A stretch of 64,000 nucleotides of DNA from Felis catus (taxonomy: Eukaryota): the NCBI RefSeq assembly GCF_018350175.1, contig NC_058368.1, positions 89,716,001 to 89,780,000 on the forward strand, read 5' to 3'. The translations under genes were made by a program, and so were the position numbers. Below the pieces are notes generated by a model that made no database searches, was not told the origin of the DNA, and worked only from the letters and a program-made list of their open reading frames with translations. Numbering within the stretch: the stretch's first letter is position 1; each line of letters starts with the position of its first letter. Of this stretch, positions 9,421 through 21,829 are shown piece by piece.

Positions 9421-12419
9421 AAATCCTCTATTTGGTTGTATATCTGTAAAGTCTACCTCCAAGTCTTCAAAAGGGGCGGGTTTCTGGTAACTGTCAGATC
9501 AGATTTAGGGAAGATATGGTTTGCATATTTAGAGATCCATCCTGTTTTCCAGTTGTTTAAATAATCTTATGCCCATGGAGTCTTATTATTATCCCCATAG
9601 AATAACAAGCACAAAGATTGTCTATACATGAAATACTGTGACAATTTTTCTGGAGTTTACCTCAAGTTATCTAGTTTAGGCAAACAACAAACATTTAAAG
9701 ACAATCAGAATAGAATTTAACATCCATAACGGTGCACTGTTGAAATATAGTTTTTCTCTCTAAAACCCCCCTTTCCAGAGATAGCCACATTGAGACCAAT
9801 GCATTTGTAGAACAAATCCAGTCTTAACAAATCTGGCCTAATTATTTACATAAGCTCAGCAAGAATAGCGATTAATCATGAGGATCTTTTAAAGTTTGCT
9901 TTGCTGGAACCTTTTATAAGGAATCTCCGGGTTGAACTTTTAGTAGCCTCTCCAGGCCAGAAGCCAAGCTAAATACTTGCCATCAGACAGGCCTGCAATA
10001 CCTGCAGAATTGGGCGAATTCCTCTTCATGAGGTCCCCAAGATATCCTGAGGTTCCTGCACCTGCCAGGAAGTGACCTTCTATACTCACCTGGTAAGGCT
10101 GCTGGGAACTCTGTAAGCAAGGTATCAGGCCAACATTTCCAAGGGGCTTTATGGCTCCATGTTTTACAAAGACAACCTTAGTTCCTTAAAGCTGTCTGGT
10201 CATATCTGAGTCTATGAATGTCACTCTCAAATATGACATTCCACTCAAAGCCTTGGTAAAATAACCAGTATTTCCAATGGTGACCTGTTACAAGATGAAC
10301 AGATTCTTATTGAACTTATACAAACAATTGTAATTGCCATGAAAGAAAGAATACTCACTGAGGGTTTTTGAATTTCAGGGAAGTTACATAGAGAGAAAAG
10401 GTAAATGCTTCAGTTTACACATGAATACTTTATGACATTTCTGTATATCATAGATATCTTAAGAGAAAGTTTCCTTAATCTGGAAGAGCAAACATTAGAG
10501 GACCAGCAATATTTTCGACCAGAATCACAAACTATAATCTTCCTCAGTTCACTTAATCCCATGTTCCTAATTCTTGTTCAATTTGAATGCAACTTTTTAG
10601 TTCTGGAAATTCTTACCCATTTTAGTATTAATCTTAAAGATGTCAAATACCTGTATTTGTCCCCAAAGTCCTTTTTATAAATCTCCTTGAAAAAGAAACA
10701 TGTTTTGTGAGAGAATAAAAACAATTATAAATGACAAAAATCTCAGAAATAGACATTGTTGAAGATCTGATGAGAGTTCATTATGATGAAATTGACAAAG
10801 AAAATCGGTTATTTCTGTGACACATAACACTTCAAGTAATCAGAATATTAAGTGATGACCTTATATCAAAACATTAAAACTTTAGGAATTGCATATATAT
10901 TTGGGCAGTTACGGAATTTACCTGTGCAATACAACCTAAGGTTTACCATTGTACGACAGTGCTTTTCCAAGTAACTTAGCATCCCAAATAAAAGGGCCTA
11001 ATTGGTCAAAAAGACTTCATTTACCATTTAAATCCTGGGAAGTTTGTTAAAACCTTAGGAAGTTGTAAGTACGTCCTAAATAGGATTACAGATCATTACA
11101 AATCTTAAAACTTTATTTATTCAACCAAGGTGGCAATAAAAGATCCTAAAGGTGAATATATAGCATTATATAGTTGTTACCAAAACCTAGCTCCTTTAAC
11201 ATTGAGAAGTTTTAACCAAGTAATCAAAAAGCTGATAGATGAAACCTAAAACTTTGATTTTCCCAGAAGACAAACCTTGTTTGAATTGTTTTATCAAGAG
11301 CAGATCAACAGTCCAAGAAAACTTTGTCTTTGAGCAGAGAGAAAAGCAGAATTCAACCTTATACCAGTGTACTTTTAAAATTCCATTCATCTCAACCTTA
11401 GTCCCTCTGAGCACACATAAAATTCTTTTCCAAAGATTTCCCTTCATGAACCTTATACAACTTTCCTTTGCCTCCAAACTTTGTCCCAAAGCCATTTCTC
11501 TCCAAATAACCAGTCTCATTTAGGACAAAATTACTTTCTACCCTCAACAAAAATGTTATTTCCATACCTTATATCTTTCTTACACACCTCTTACTTTCCT
11601 ACATACAGGGTTCCTTTCCTTATTTCCATCAGTCTTAAATACACTTAGCAGAATTTTAACTCTAAAGCTTAACTTTAACTCTTAGGAAACCCTAGTCTTC
11701 AGTTGAGGACTTAGTAACCAACTGAGAGGTGTTTACACCAGAATTTTTTTAGATGTTAAATTCACAAACCAATTAAGTACAAAGGATGTTTTCCAATAGG
11801 TCCAAATAGCCTTAATTTCTCTGCAATAAGAAGTTAAAAACACAAAGCTATGTTCAGTAATCAAAGCTTTAGCAATTCATTCTATTTGAAAAAGACCTAG
11901 ATGTCCAAGGGGGTGCAATTTACTCCTTGACCTTGAGGATGGGAGGAAGAGCCAATGGTGGTGAGGCACTGAGGAGGGTATAGGAATCAGTTATGGACAC
12001 CACAACCAAGTTGGTGCCGAAACAGCAGGGGGAGGGGAAGGCAGAAGGGGCAAGGTGCCAGGTGAAGGCAGAGAAGGAAAACCTAATTCAAAACCTTATC
12101 TCAGAGGAGCAGACGCCATGTTTTTTCCACCAAAGTGGAAATATGGAGTCTATATCAGGCCAGAGGAGACCGGAAATTTCCCCAAAACAAATGGAGTTTA
12201 AGCAACTGCTTGGGAACATTCCTTAAAGTCCCCATCCCGAGGTAGACTAACCACAGTTGGCTCCAATTATAGCTGTTAACCTGGGAAATGAGGGAGAATC
12301 CCTCACATCTATTAGGCAGAGGAAGAGTGTCCCCTTCAGTTTGATTCTATTTCAGCCAGACCAGTAAGGTCCCCTTCTTGAGGTTCCTCCTGATATTGGT
12401 TGGGTTTCTGGGACTTTCC

Positions 12420-13330
12420 CTGGTTGTGACATTTATTCTTTTAATGTCCTTTCTCCTTGCAGTAGGCTCACTGACCCACTGCTAAGGAGGTTCTGGACCT
12501 CCCCACTTTTGGCAGCTAGACCTTCCCCGTCCTTTTGCCGTGGCTCTCTTGTGCCTCTGGAGCAAATGGTATAAGCTTCACATAGCCTTTCATAATAATC
12601 CCTGGGGGAATCCCCTTGCTGCTGGGCATATTCATGGGCTTCTCAGCCCCTGCTCGGATCCCTGCGGAGGAGAGCCTCTTGGTACCGGTGGATGTGGACC
12701 AGCATCTGGAGAGTGTCTGAACCTGGCCGAGGGCACAATCTGGCCACTGGTCCTTGTGGGGGAGGGTTTTCTGGGTCAGGAGGGGAGGAGAGATGGGCCA
12801 CGGTGGTGGTGGCAGCGGTGGAGGAGGAGGAGGAGAGACAGACAGGGGAGGAGTTTCAAGCTTAGGGGCAGGGGGTAGGGAGCCCGGTGAGTCATAAGGT
12901 GGCAGAAAGACAGGATCTGAGTCATAAGGTGGCAGAAAGACAGGATCGTCCCCCTGGGTCTCCTGCAAACACTAGGGGAGCGGTGGGTTGCTTCTTTGAG
13001 TTTCCGGATAAGGCCACTAAAACCTTTGTCTGACTCTGCTTGTTATGGATGAATCACACCCAAGGCAGAGGATTTCAGGCAATTTCAAGCCAGAAGGATG
13101 TATGGAAATTGATCAGGGTGACCTGGGTCTGTGGAGACAACATGCCAGATGCAGCGGACCATTGAGATATCCAAGGTTCCCTCAGAGGGCCCTCCTACAC
13201 CAAAAGTGGGCCATTCTAACTCACATAGGGTCCTTAACGTGCTGGGGGTTATCTTAATTCCATAGTCTCCAAGCAACCCCTTTTTTGCTCTGTCCCAACC
13301 CCATAATGTTCCCATGAGGTGGAGTCGCAA
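12420..13330 (-). pseudogene. gag: ERV gag remnant (matrix, proline-rich late region, degenerate NC zinc knuckle; capsid largely deleted)
   Basis: DYGIKITPSTLRTLCELEWPTFGVGGPSEGTLD...PGHPDQFPYI is a gammaretroviral matrix signature; LPPY and poly-Pro segment at 12.8-12.95 kb; Q*AYCKEKGH*KNKC at about 12425-12480 is a decayed CCHC knuckle. Confidence 0.9.
12888..12947 (+). repeat. Perfect 30-bp tandem duplication within ERV gag
   Basis: TGAGTCATAAGGTGGCAGAAAGACAGGATC x2. Confidence 0.95.
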
Positions 13331-13955
13331 AGACAGACAGAGGGATAGGGGGGTGCCCCCTCTAATGAGGAAACCAGTCAGATGCCCATCTGGCCATGTC
13401 CCAAAGGAACTTAGGTGACAGCCATAGCAGTCTCAGCTTTGTGACTTACGATCAGAAACTGTTCTGATGCCGCCATAGACTGTGTGCCATTCACCATGGA
13501 ATCTCAGATGGGCCCACTCAGACTCCATGGGCTTTTGGGGACCTTAAGGGTGCCTGCCCATGGAGCCACAGAATCGAACTCGATAGGCAAGCTAGACCAA
13601 GTCACACATCCACATTCACATACACACCAGAGATTATTACATTCCCTCCCATAGAATTCCTACCTGTGAGACCTCTGAGGTCTCCAGGGAGTGATCAGGT
13701 CCCTCTTCCACTCTTGCGAGTGGGCCTGACTAGATTGGGCCCCAGCCTTACCGGTTCTGATGTCGGGTCCAGGTCCTCACCTGCCAATTCTCCTCCAGTC
13801 CGGCGGGAACAGCAGAGCGGGGCCGGCCTAAGGCGACTGAGCGGGAGACTGCCGAAATTCAGGCAGGGCACACCTTCTCCCTTGCGATCCCCTGTTCCAT
13901 CACCACCTAGCCATTCTCCCAAACTGGTGGCAACAACAGGCCAGCGCAGTTGGGT

Positions 13956-13973
13956 TTCCCGGTCAGGGAACCA
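13956..13973 (-). promoter_or_regulatory. Primer binding site, tRNA-Glu
   Basis: Minus strand TGGTTCCCTGACCGGGAA, 4 nt from the 5' LTR, complementary to the 3' 18 nt of mammalian tRNA-Glu(CTC) (TTCCCGGTCAGGGAACCA). Confidence 0.9.
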
Positions 13974-13977
13974 AATA

Positions 13978-14276
13978 TGTTACAGAACCAAGCTGGAATG
14001 CTGGAGGAAAAACCAAGCGACACTTGGAGATCTTGGTGGATCAGAGATTTATTTAACACCAGCGGGCTCAGAGGAGACATTTCTCCAAAGATCTGAGCCC
14101 CAAATGTGAGCGGGAAGGTAATTTATAGTTTTCAGCTTCCATATCTGTGAGGGTTTTCACACGCACAGCAAACAAAGGAAGAAGAACTGGAGGAGGGGTC
14201 TCTAAGCTAGAGACCAAAGCTTGTTTTAGTCCCATTGGCCATCTTATGGCGTAAAACTTTATTCATTTTCCCAACA
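13978..14276 (-). repeat. ERV 5' LTR
   Basis: 299 bp, TGTT...AACA termini, adjacent to the PBS; minus strand carries TATAAA and a downstream AATAAA. Confidence 0.95.
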
Positions 14277-15040
14277 GGTGGATTTAGCCACTGTTCCCTG
14301 GAGAGATGCCTCAACCCAGCTGTCAGCCATCAGGACGCCTACCTGGTTGCCCAGCCCCAAGCACACCTACATGTGCTAGAAACCACCACACTCCGAGTTC
14401 CCCACAGGATTGTGCTCATTCTCCTGGGATCCTCTGCTCCTACCTGGGTTGGATGCTCAGGCTGCACTCAGTGTCCCAAGGTCCCAGCCCAGCCCCACTC
14501 CCCACAACAGGTCTCCAGGTGTGAATGAGAACTCAGCCACAAGGGAACTGTTGGGGGTGTCCCATCAGTGTGTTCCGCCTTTGGGTCCCTCACCCCACCT
14601 CCCCCTCCGTCCCCACCTCACACTGCTATCAGCCTCGACTCCTCTTCTTTAGGGGGCATCAGGCCAAGGGCACACTGGAGTGTCCCTTGATGCTAATGAT
14701 TCCATTCTGACATGGCCACTGCAGGCCAAGGGACCCACACCCAGGGTGCCATACATCATCATGGGCAACAGGACATGGCAGAGTCCCAGTCCCCACAGAA
14801 TTCACAGGCCATACTCCCTGCTGTAAGGAGTGACATGTGGGCAGAGCTCTTCATGGGAGGAAGATTGGCAGTGAAGGCTCAGGTCAGAAGAAAGAAGGGT
14901 CGAGGGGATGGGAGGAGGAGAGGCCAGCAGGGCCCATCCCAGTGGGCCTGGGAGCCCAAAATTAGGATGTGGTTTCTTATTTTAAGGCCAGAGGAAAGTT
15001 TTGATAAAGGGGTGATGTGCTTTGACTTACCCTTAGCCTC

Positions 15041-15236
15041 TTTTTTTTTAAGTGTATTTCTTTATTTTGAGGGGGACAGAGTGTGAGCAGAGGTGGGGCA
15101 GAGGGAGAGGAAGAGAGAGAGAATCCCAAGCAGGATCCATGCTGGACACAGGACTCGAACACACGAACCATGAGATCATGACCTGAGCCGAAATCAAGAG
15201 TCACATGTTTAACTGGCTGAGCCACCCAGGTGCCCC
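15041..15236 (-). mobile_element. Can-SINE
   Basis: Reverse-strand head and tail motifs. Confidence 0.9.
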
Positions 15237-18200
15237 TATGCTCCTAAAAGAGCAGAGTGGTGCCTTCTGGGAGCAGGGCAAGGGCTTGGTGGGGGAGGCT
15301 GGCACCAGGCTTCACCAGAGGCTAGGCTCTGAGAAGGAAGAGATAATAGCTCTGGGAGACACAGAAGCAGAAGAGGAGCTCAGCTGTGAGCTGGGTTTTT
15401 ATCCACATTGGATATGCAGGGGGAAAAAAAACCCTTTTCCTACATGATCTTCTACAAAAGTGGGTTCCCAGATCTGCTGTACCCCCATCACCTGAGACCC
15501 AAGGCATTCTCAGTCCTGGAGCCAAAGGGCCGGGGCAAGCCTGGAGGACAAGGGCAGGATGGGACACAGACCCTGACCCACACCCCGGGGGTCTTCCTGG
15601 CTTCCTCAGGCCTCAAAAGTGCCAAGGCCCAGAGGGAGAAGGAAAAGTTCAACAGGGCGAGGAGAGCCGGCACTAGAAGCAAGCAGACTTGCAGGTGGGG
15701 TGGGTCTTCTGTGAAAAGAACAGGCAGGGGAGGTGGGAAGTCTGTTCTGAGAAGAATTGGGGTCAAAGTGACGGTAATAGGGGAAGACGCGTCTCTTGCA
15801 CGAAACGGAATTGGGGAGATCTGGAAGTCAGAAGACACCCCCTGTGTATCTGCTTTTCCCAAGCTCAGGAGAAACTGACCCAGCAATCAAGTCTGTCCTG
15901 TGCTGGGCTAGGCCACAGGGGAGTGCACAGTGGCCCTTATGGAGCCAACATTTGCAGGGAGAGATGGAAACCCCACGATTAGACCCTAGACTGGAGGTAG
16001 CAAAGTTTGCCATGAACCAGATGTTGGGGTGGGGGTAATCCTGAAGACGGATGGCTGCAGAGAGAGAACGGGGGGATTTGGAAAGTGGGGCAGGATCTCT
16101 GAAGGCCTCAACTGCCCTCTGTGGGACACGGGCTCCAGTTAGCCAAGTGGCTATGGCTCCAGGGGTGACATCTCTGCACTGCTCTGGACCCTGCCACAAG
16201 TCCATCAGAGCTAGTGCAGTGGGGCAGCTGGGCATGGCCCCCTGGAAGGAGACAGCTCCTTTTCCCAGCTGCCCTTCCCATGGGCACAGCCAGGTATCCT
16301 GGTCCCTCCACGGCCTCTGAGGAGTGGGAGTAGCAGAGGGGATTGCTATTAAACCCTTGGGTCTCAAGCTTGTTGAATCAGCTTCGAGCCAGCCTTACTT
16401 TGGGATGGCAGTGAGTACCTCTCCATGTTGGTGGGGTCCTGGTCCAGAGTTTGGGCTGGGACACCCCTTGGGGTCTGATCCAACTCTCACCCCTCACCTG
16501 GAGGGTGGCTGCTCCGAGGGGCACCTGCTGTGGGAAGGGGTCCAGGAGACCGTGCAGACCCACCAACTGGCCCAGGACCTCAGACAGATGGCTGATGTTC
16601 TCAGGGCTACATTTCTTCTGACTCATGAGTGTGGTACTATCTGCGCCCTCACCCCATACCATTCCATTTAGGGAGCCACCACCAGCAGCCCCTCCGGTGG
16701 ATGCTTCCCTGATTGCTGAGGCTCACTCTGGCCCGGGCTGAAACAGGAAAATGGGGCCTAGGTATCCAGGGCATGGCTCAGCCACAGCTGCTGTGGTCAG
16801 CATAGCCGCTCAGAGCAGCAGATCCCAGGGAACCTCATGGGGCTGGTGGCTGCAGGCCTGGGGAAGACAGCTACTTAGAAACTGGAATTTCAGTCTTTGC
16901 TTAAGCCATGCAGGCCAGCTTCTCTGTCACTTTTGCTCATGCCTCAAGCCCACACAGCAAAAACCCTGTGGCCGGCTGCCGAACCTGCCCACCCTCCCTG
17001 CAGCAGGGCTCTGGGAAGAGGCAGAAGGAAGTATTTGAAGAAGCCAGATCAATATTGACCCAAGCAAAGGCCCCATGGAAGCAGGAACACTGCCCAGAGC
17101 CTCAGGGCCCCAGGGCCCCAGATGACCAAGCTGTGAAGAAGAGGAAGGAGCCCGAGGTGGGGTGATGGCATAGATTCGTGGTGTGATTCCTGGGTGGGAC
17201 ACTGCAGCCCTTCTCCCCTGCAGGTGAGGCCAGCAGCCCTCCTGTTCTGGCCCTGCCCCCAGCCTGCTTCTGGTAAAGCCACTCTGAGGCCCCACTGGGT
17301 TGGCTGCCTCTCGGTCCCCCGAAAAGCCCTGGCCGTCCCTGCCTGTCCCCTCATGGTGATGACTCAGGACAGGAGAGTGGGGGATCATCTGTTGTCTGGT
17401 GTGGTGGCCCCGGCCCAGGAGGACTCCCTGGAAGGAAACAGGGAGGCCATGCCCTCTGGGGGGTCTCTGAGAGCAGGCTACAGCTGGGATGGGGGGCGGT
17501 CCCAGGATCCAGGAACCTCTCAGGAACTTGCCCATTCTTCCGTGGGAAAGGAGCTCATGAGGAATGAGGAAGGACACCAAGGGCACTGCTTCCAGGCAGC
17601 GTGTGCACAGGCCACAGAGATGGAAACAGAGGCAGTTCAGGCTTGAGCAGCCTCACAGTCACACCCCGAAGCCCAAACTGTCACACTGCACAGTGCTGGC
17701 CTCAGCAGCCCCCAAATGTGAGTGGCCGACAAGGGGACCACGTCACAGTGAGTTGTCATAGAGAAAGCAAAAGGTGGGCTTGGAAACCTGGTGAGCTCTG
17801 GTGATGCATGGTAATCAAGACACCAGCCAGAACGGGGGGCTCCAGCCACCCACAAGTGTGGGGGGGCAGGGCTGGGCCCCCTGCTCAGAGTGGCCAACCC
17901 CCCAACAGGTGGAATTGGTATCATGATCCACTCCAAGTTGCTTAATTTACTTAGCCAGGCTATCAGGCAGGACTCGGAAACCTGTTTCTGGACTTGGAGG
18001 CAGACAAGGCCAGCAAAGCAAACATGACCAGATGCTGATCTGGCAAAAAGGGGATGGGAAGAGAATATGGGGACGCTCAGGGATGGAGGGCACAGCACTC
18101 AGTGGCCCCAGCCTGTTGTTTGCTGAAGTCAGAGCCATGGCCCAGGCAGAAGCAGCCAGCTCACTGCCCAATCCCTGGCTCTGGGGTCTGGTGGATTTCT

Positions 18201-18748
18201 TGGTCCTTCTGTAGCCCTGAACTCAGTAACTGACCCACACCCCCGGGGCTGCCCAAGCTCTTGTCTACCTTCAGCACTTCATTCCAGGAGGAGCAAACCA
18301 GCTGATGTTTGTTTTGGCTCAAAGGATGTCCTGCAAACATTGCCCAGGACAGCCTGACCATGTCATCCGCAGGAGGCACACCTCAGTGTCTACTCAGCCT
18401 TCTGCCAGCAGGAGGCAGCTGTGTGTGCCAGAGCGGGCTCAGGGAGGCCCAGGTGGATGCTGATGGCCGCCGCCCACCCTGCACACTCTCCTCATGCCAG
18501 CTAGGCTGTGACACCCTCTGGACGCCCTCCACTGGCCTGGCAGGGGCAGAAGGCTCCTGGCAGGGGCAGGAGGTGGACATGCACCCCAGCACTACCCAGG
18601 TCCTATCTCCTGAGCCTTTGAATGTTATGGGGGAAAAGAGTATTGGCAGATGTTACAAAGTTAGCTTGAAATGAAGATGAGGAGACTGGATTATCTGGTG
18701 AGCCCTAATGCAAGCAATGGTATGTAATCTTAAAGAGGGAGGCAGAGA

Positions 18749-18954
18749 GGGGCACCTGGGTGGCTCAGGCGGTTAAGTGTCGGATTCTTGGTTTCAGCTT
18801 AGGTCATGATCTCGCAGTTTCGTGAGTTCGAGCCCCACATCGGACTCTGCGCTGGCAGTGCTGAGCCTGCTTGGGATTCTCTCTCTTCCTCTTTCTCTAC
18901 CCCTCCCCTGCTCACACTGTCTCTGTCTCTCTCAAAATAAATAAATAAACTTGA

Positions 18955-18989
<35 letters not shown>
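18749..18989 (+). mobile_element. Can-SINE with (GAAA)n tail
   Basis: TSD AAAGAGGGAGGCAGAGA at 18732-18748 and 18990-19006. Confidence 0.93.
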
Positions 18990-18994
<5 letters not shown>

Positions 18995-19007
18995 GGGAGG
19001 CAGAGAG

Positions 19008-19011
<4 letters not shown>

Positions 19012-19053
<42 letters not shown>
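19012..19053 (+). repeat. (CA)n microsatellite, about 21 units
   Basis: Directly visible in the sequence. Confidence 0.95.
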
Positions 19054-19054
<1 letters not shown>

Positions 19055-20180
19055 GAGGAAGAGGCTCCATGACCACAGAGACAGAGACTGGAGTGGTGCG
19101 ACTATAAACCAAGGAATCTGGGCAGCCACCAGAAGCTGGGAGAGGCCCACAGAGCCTCTGGAGGGAGCCTGGCCCTGACAGCGCCCACACTTTGGCGAAG
19201 TCCAGCCTCCAGACTGGGAGCAAATAAATGTGTGTTGTTTCAGCCACTAAGTATGTGGTGAATTGTTGCAGCAGGATCAGGAGCCAAATGCAAAGGCACC
19301 CCCTGCGATGCAGGCCACCTAGGCTCTGGACACACCCTCAGCTGCCCCCACCACTGCCTTCTGCCAAAGGTTCCCTAGGGATTGGGGGTAGTCAGGGGGC
19401 TCTGCAAGCCTATGTGAGGTGAAGGGTCAGTCTGGCTTCAATAAAGTCCTGGCCTTGACCACTATGATTTAGGGGCCTGAGACCAGTCTCTTGGCCTCAG
19501 TGGTGAAATGGGGACACAATGACACACACATTGCTGGGTAGCTATGGGGATGTAGTTTTGGAGTTGGAAATCTTTGGAGTTGGAAATCTCCTTGGAAGGA
19601 GACCTACCATCACTGTTCAGGCTCATGGGAAACCAGGAACAGGTGTACTCTGACCACTGTGCAGGAAGGAGGGGTGGGTACTTTAAAGATAACTCCAGGA
19701 AGGGGATGCAGGGAGACCACTGGAATGCCGCCGAAAAGCCAGGCTGCTGGAAGCCCACAGATTGCATGCCCCCACCTCCTCCAGCCTCTGGTTTCTCTCT
19801 GTTCTTTCCCTGTAGTCAACTTTTTCTAGTCCTGTCAGCACAGGGGAAGGTGTCCACAGGTCAAGTCCCAAGGTCCCACACTGATCACCCCCAGCACTTC
19901 TGGGGTCTCCAGTGCAGAATTCTGGATGGGGTCCTGGCTTGCGGGGGTCTCGGCCCTGGGCCAGTGCCAATTCCCTCCAGTCACATGGGGCTGTGCTTGG
20001 TCAGCCACTTCGGAGAAACAGGTAGCTGCCTCTGTAATGAGGCGTACTTGGAGGCAGATGAGGCCAACAAAGCAAACACAACTAGGTGTCCATTCTAAGC
20101 TCTCCTAGCATAAAGAATAGGACCAGGGTGGCCCTCTCCATAATGCCACAAAAAGTGCTCCTCTCAAAAATGACTCAGGA

Positions 20181-20618
20181 GGGGTGTCCAGGTGGCTCAG
20201 TTGGTTAAGCGTCAGACTCTTGCTTTCCACTCAGGTCAGGATCTCATGGTTTGTGGGATCTTGCCCTGTGTCGGGCTCCCTGCTGACAGCATAGAGCCTG
20301 CTTGGGATTCTGTCTCTCCCTGTCTCTTTGCCCCTCCCCTGCTCACACTGTCTCTGTCTCTCTCAAAATAAATAAATAAACTTTAAACAAAATGACACAG
20401 GAGGGGCGCTTGCGTGGTTCAGTCGGTTAAGTGTCTGACTTTGGCTCAGGTCATGATCTAGTGGTTCATGAGTTTGAGCCCCACATTGGGCTCTGTGCTG
20501 ACAGCTCAGAGCCTAGAGCCTGCTTCAGATTCTGTGTCTCCCTCTCTGTCTGCCCTTCCTCCACTCATTCTCTGTCTCTCTCCCTCAAAAATAAATAAAC
20601 ATTTTTAAAAATCTTTTA
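20181..20618 (+). mobile_element. Two head-to-tail Can-SINEs
   Basis: Heads at 20181 and 20403; the target sequence AAAATGAC(T/A)CAGGA is present three times. Confidence 0.93.
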
Positions 20619-21829
20619 AAAAAATGACACAGGAAAATGTCCCTCATCTGGACTGGGCCTGGTGTGTGGAGGATCATCTACCCCTCTGCACCCCAACCTG
20701 GCAGTAACCGTGAACTGGACTTGATAAGAACCCTGAAACCTTGATTGTCAGGAGCAGAGCTGGACCCTGAGCTGGGCCCTGGTGCCTGCCCTTACAGCGC
20801 AGTGACCACGGACCAGGCCACTTGTGCTCAAGCAACACCAGGGCACACGAGCAGCATCACTGCTGGGGGTGGTGCAGAGGGGCAGGTGACCCCCCCAAGC
20901 ACTCCACCTCAGTCCAGATAAGAATATTTTCCTTCATTATTTTTGGCAGTGACATTATGAAGACAGCCCACAGTTTCTGTGACAATGCGTTGTCTCCAGT
21001 TACTTCCACTAATGGCAGATGGTTTCTCCACCATGTACGTACAGGAGGCCCAAAGCCAAGTGCCAGTGATGTACTTAAGACCACAAGAAGGTTTTCATTT
21101 TAGTTTCTCTTTGAATAAAAAAATAATATAATAATAATTATATGTATAATGGATCCAGCCTGGATTCATCAATGTAGTCATGAAATATATACATGTATTT
21201 TTTTAATTTATGGAAGAAGACACCCACACACCAAGGCAAAAGTCCTGGGGAACGCACAAAAGGCACACTGCAGGCCTGCTTCCTTTTATAAGTAATTGTC
21301 ACGGACGTTGTCACAAGGCATTTTTGTTGGCATATCTGTTTATGTCTGTAGGATTAATTTCTAGAATTAGATTTGCACAGAGGGAGATTAACAAGAAAGG
21401 GGCTTGACCCCTGAGGCCTCTCAAACCCCACAAGGGATTTCTGTCATCTATAGAACTTTGTAAACACTGGTAATTTTTCCCCCAAAGGGTGAATTGTCTT
21501 TTATCAATAAATCATTGAAAATTTCAAAACAATTTTAGTCATTATTTGTTTGAGAAAACTTGGGGCTTGCTTTCTCTGTGCTTGACTTGACAGTGGTCAG
21601 AAAAAATGAGGTTTTGCTCCCATTAGTGAGACACCAGGAGAATGAAGCAGGTAGGAAGACATCAGAGACATTTGCAAATTTAAATCTTATGATTTCCATT
21701 AAGCACATGCATTTACTTTACTCTCTCCCAAATTTCTACTAAAAATAGACTAATAATAATTGTTTCAAGTTGTAAACCCACAAAGACAAAAAAAATGGTC
21801 ATAAAATGACAAACAAGCCAAGAAATTTC

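Larger units (their letters stand above)
8297..14276 (-). mobile_element. Defective gamma-like (ERV1) endogenous retrovirus, two-LTR provirus lacking almost all of pol
   Basis: Direct repeats at 8297-8597 and 13978-14276 with TG...CA ends; PBS, PPT, gag MA/NC and env TM remnants in proviral order on the minus strand; imperfect TSD (GTTG/GGTG). Confidence 0.95.
18560..19292 (+). mobile_element. MLT1-type MaLR solo LTR interrupted by a SINE and (CA)n
   Basis: CTGGATTATCTGGTGAGCCCTAATG, CCAAGGAA...CAGCCACCAGAAGCTGG and CCAGCCTCCAGACTG...AATAAATGTGTGTTGTTTCAGCCACTAAGT match recalled MLT1 motifs. Confidence 0.8.

Noticed and set aside
13956..13973. tRNA-Glu gene
   Set aside because: Only the 18-nt 3' match next to an LTR, which is a primer binding site. 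SINE heads elsewhere are likewise tRNA-derived, not tRNA genes.
14280..18550. Many overlapping 60-220 aa ORFs suggesting a hidden gene
   Set aside because: ORFs on both strands are expected in GC-rich DNA; I recognised no domain or coherent exon chain. A lncRNA or enhancer cannot be excluded.
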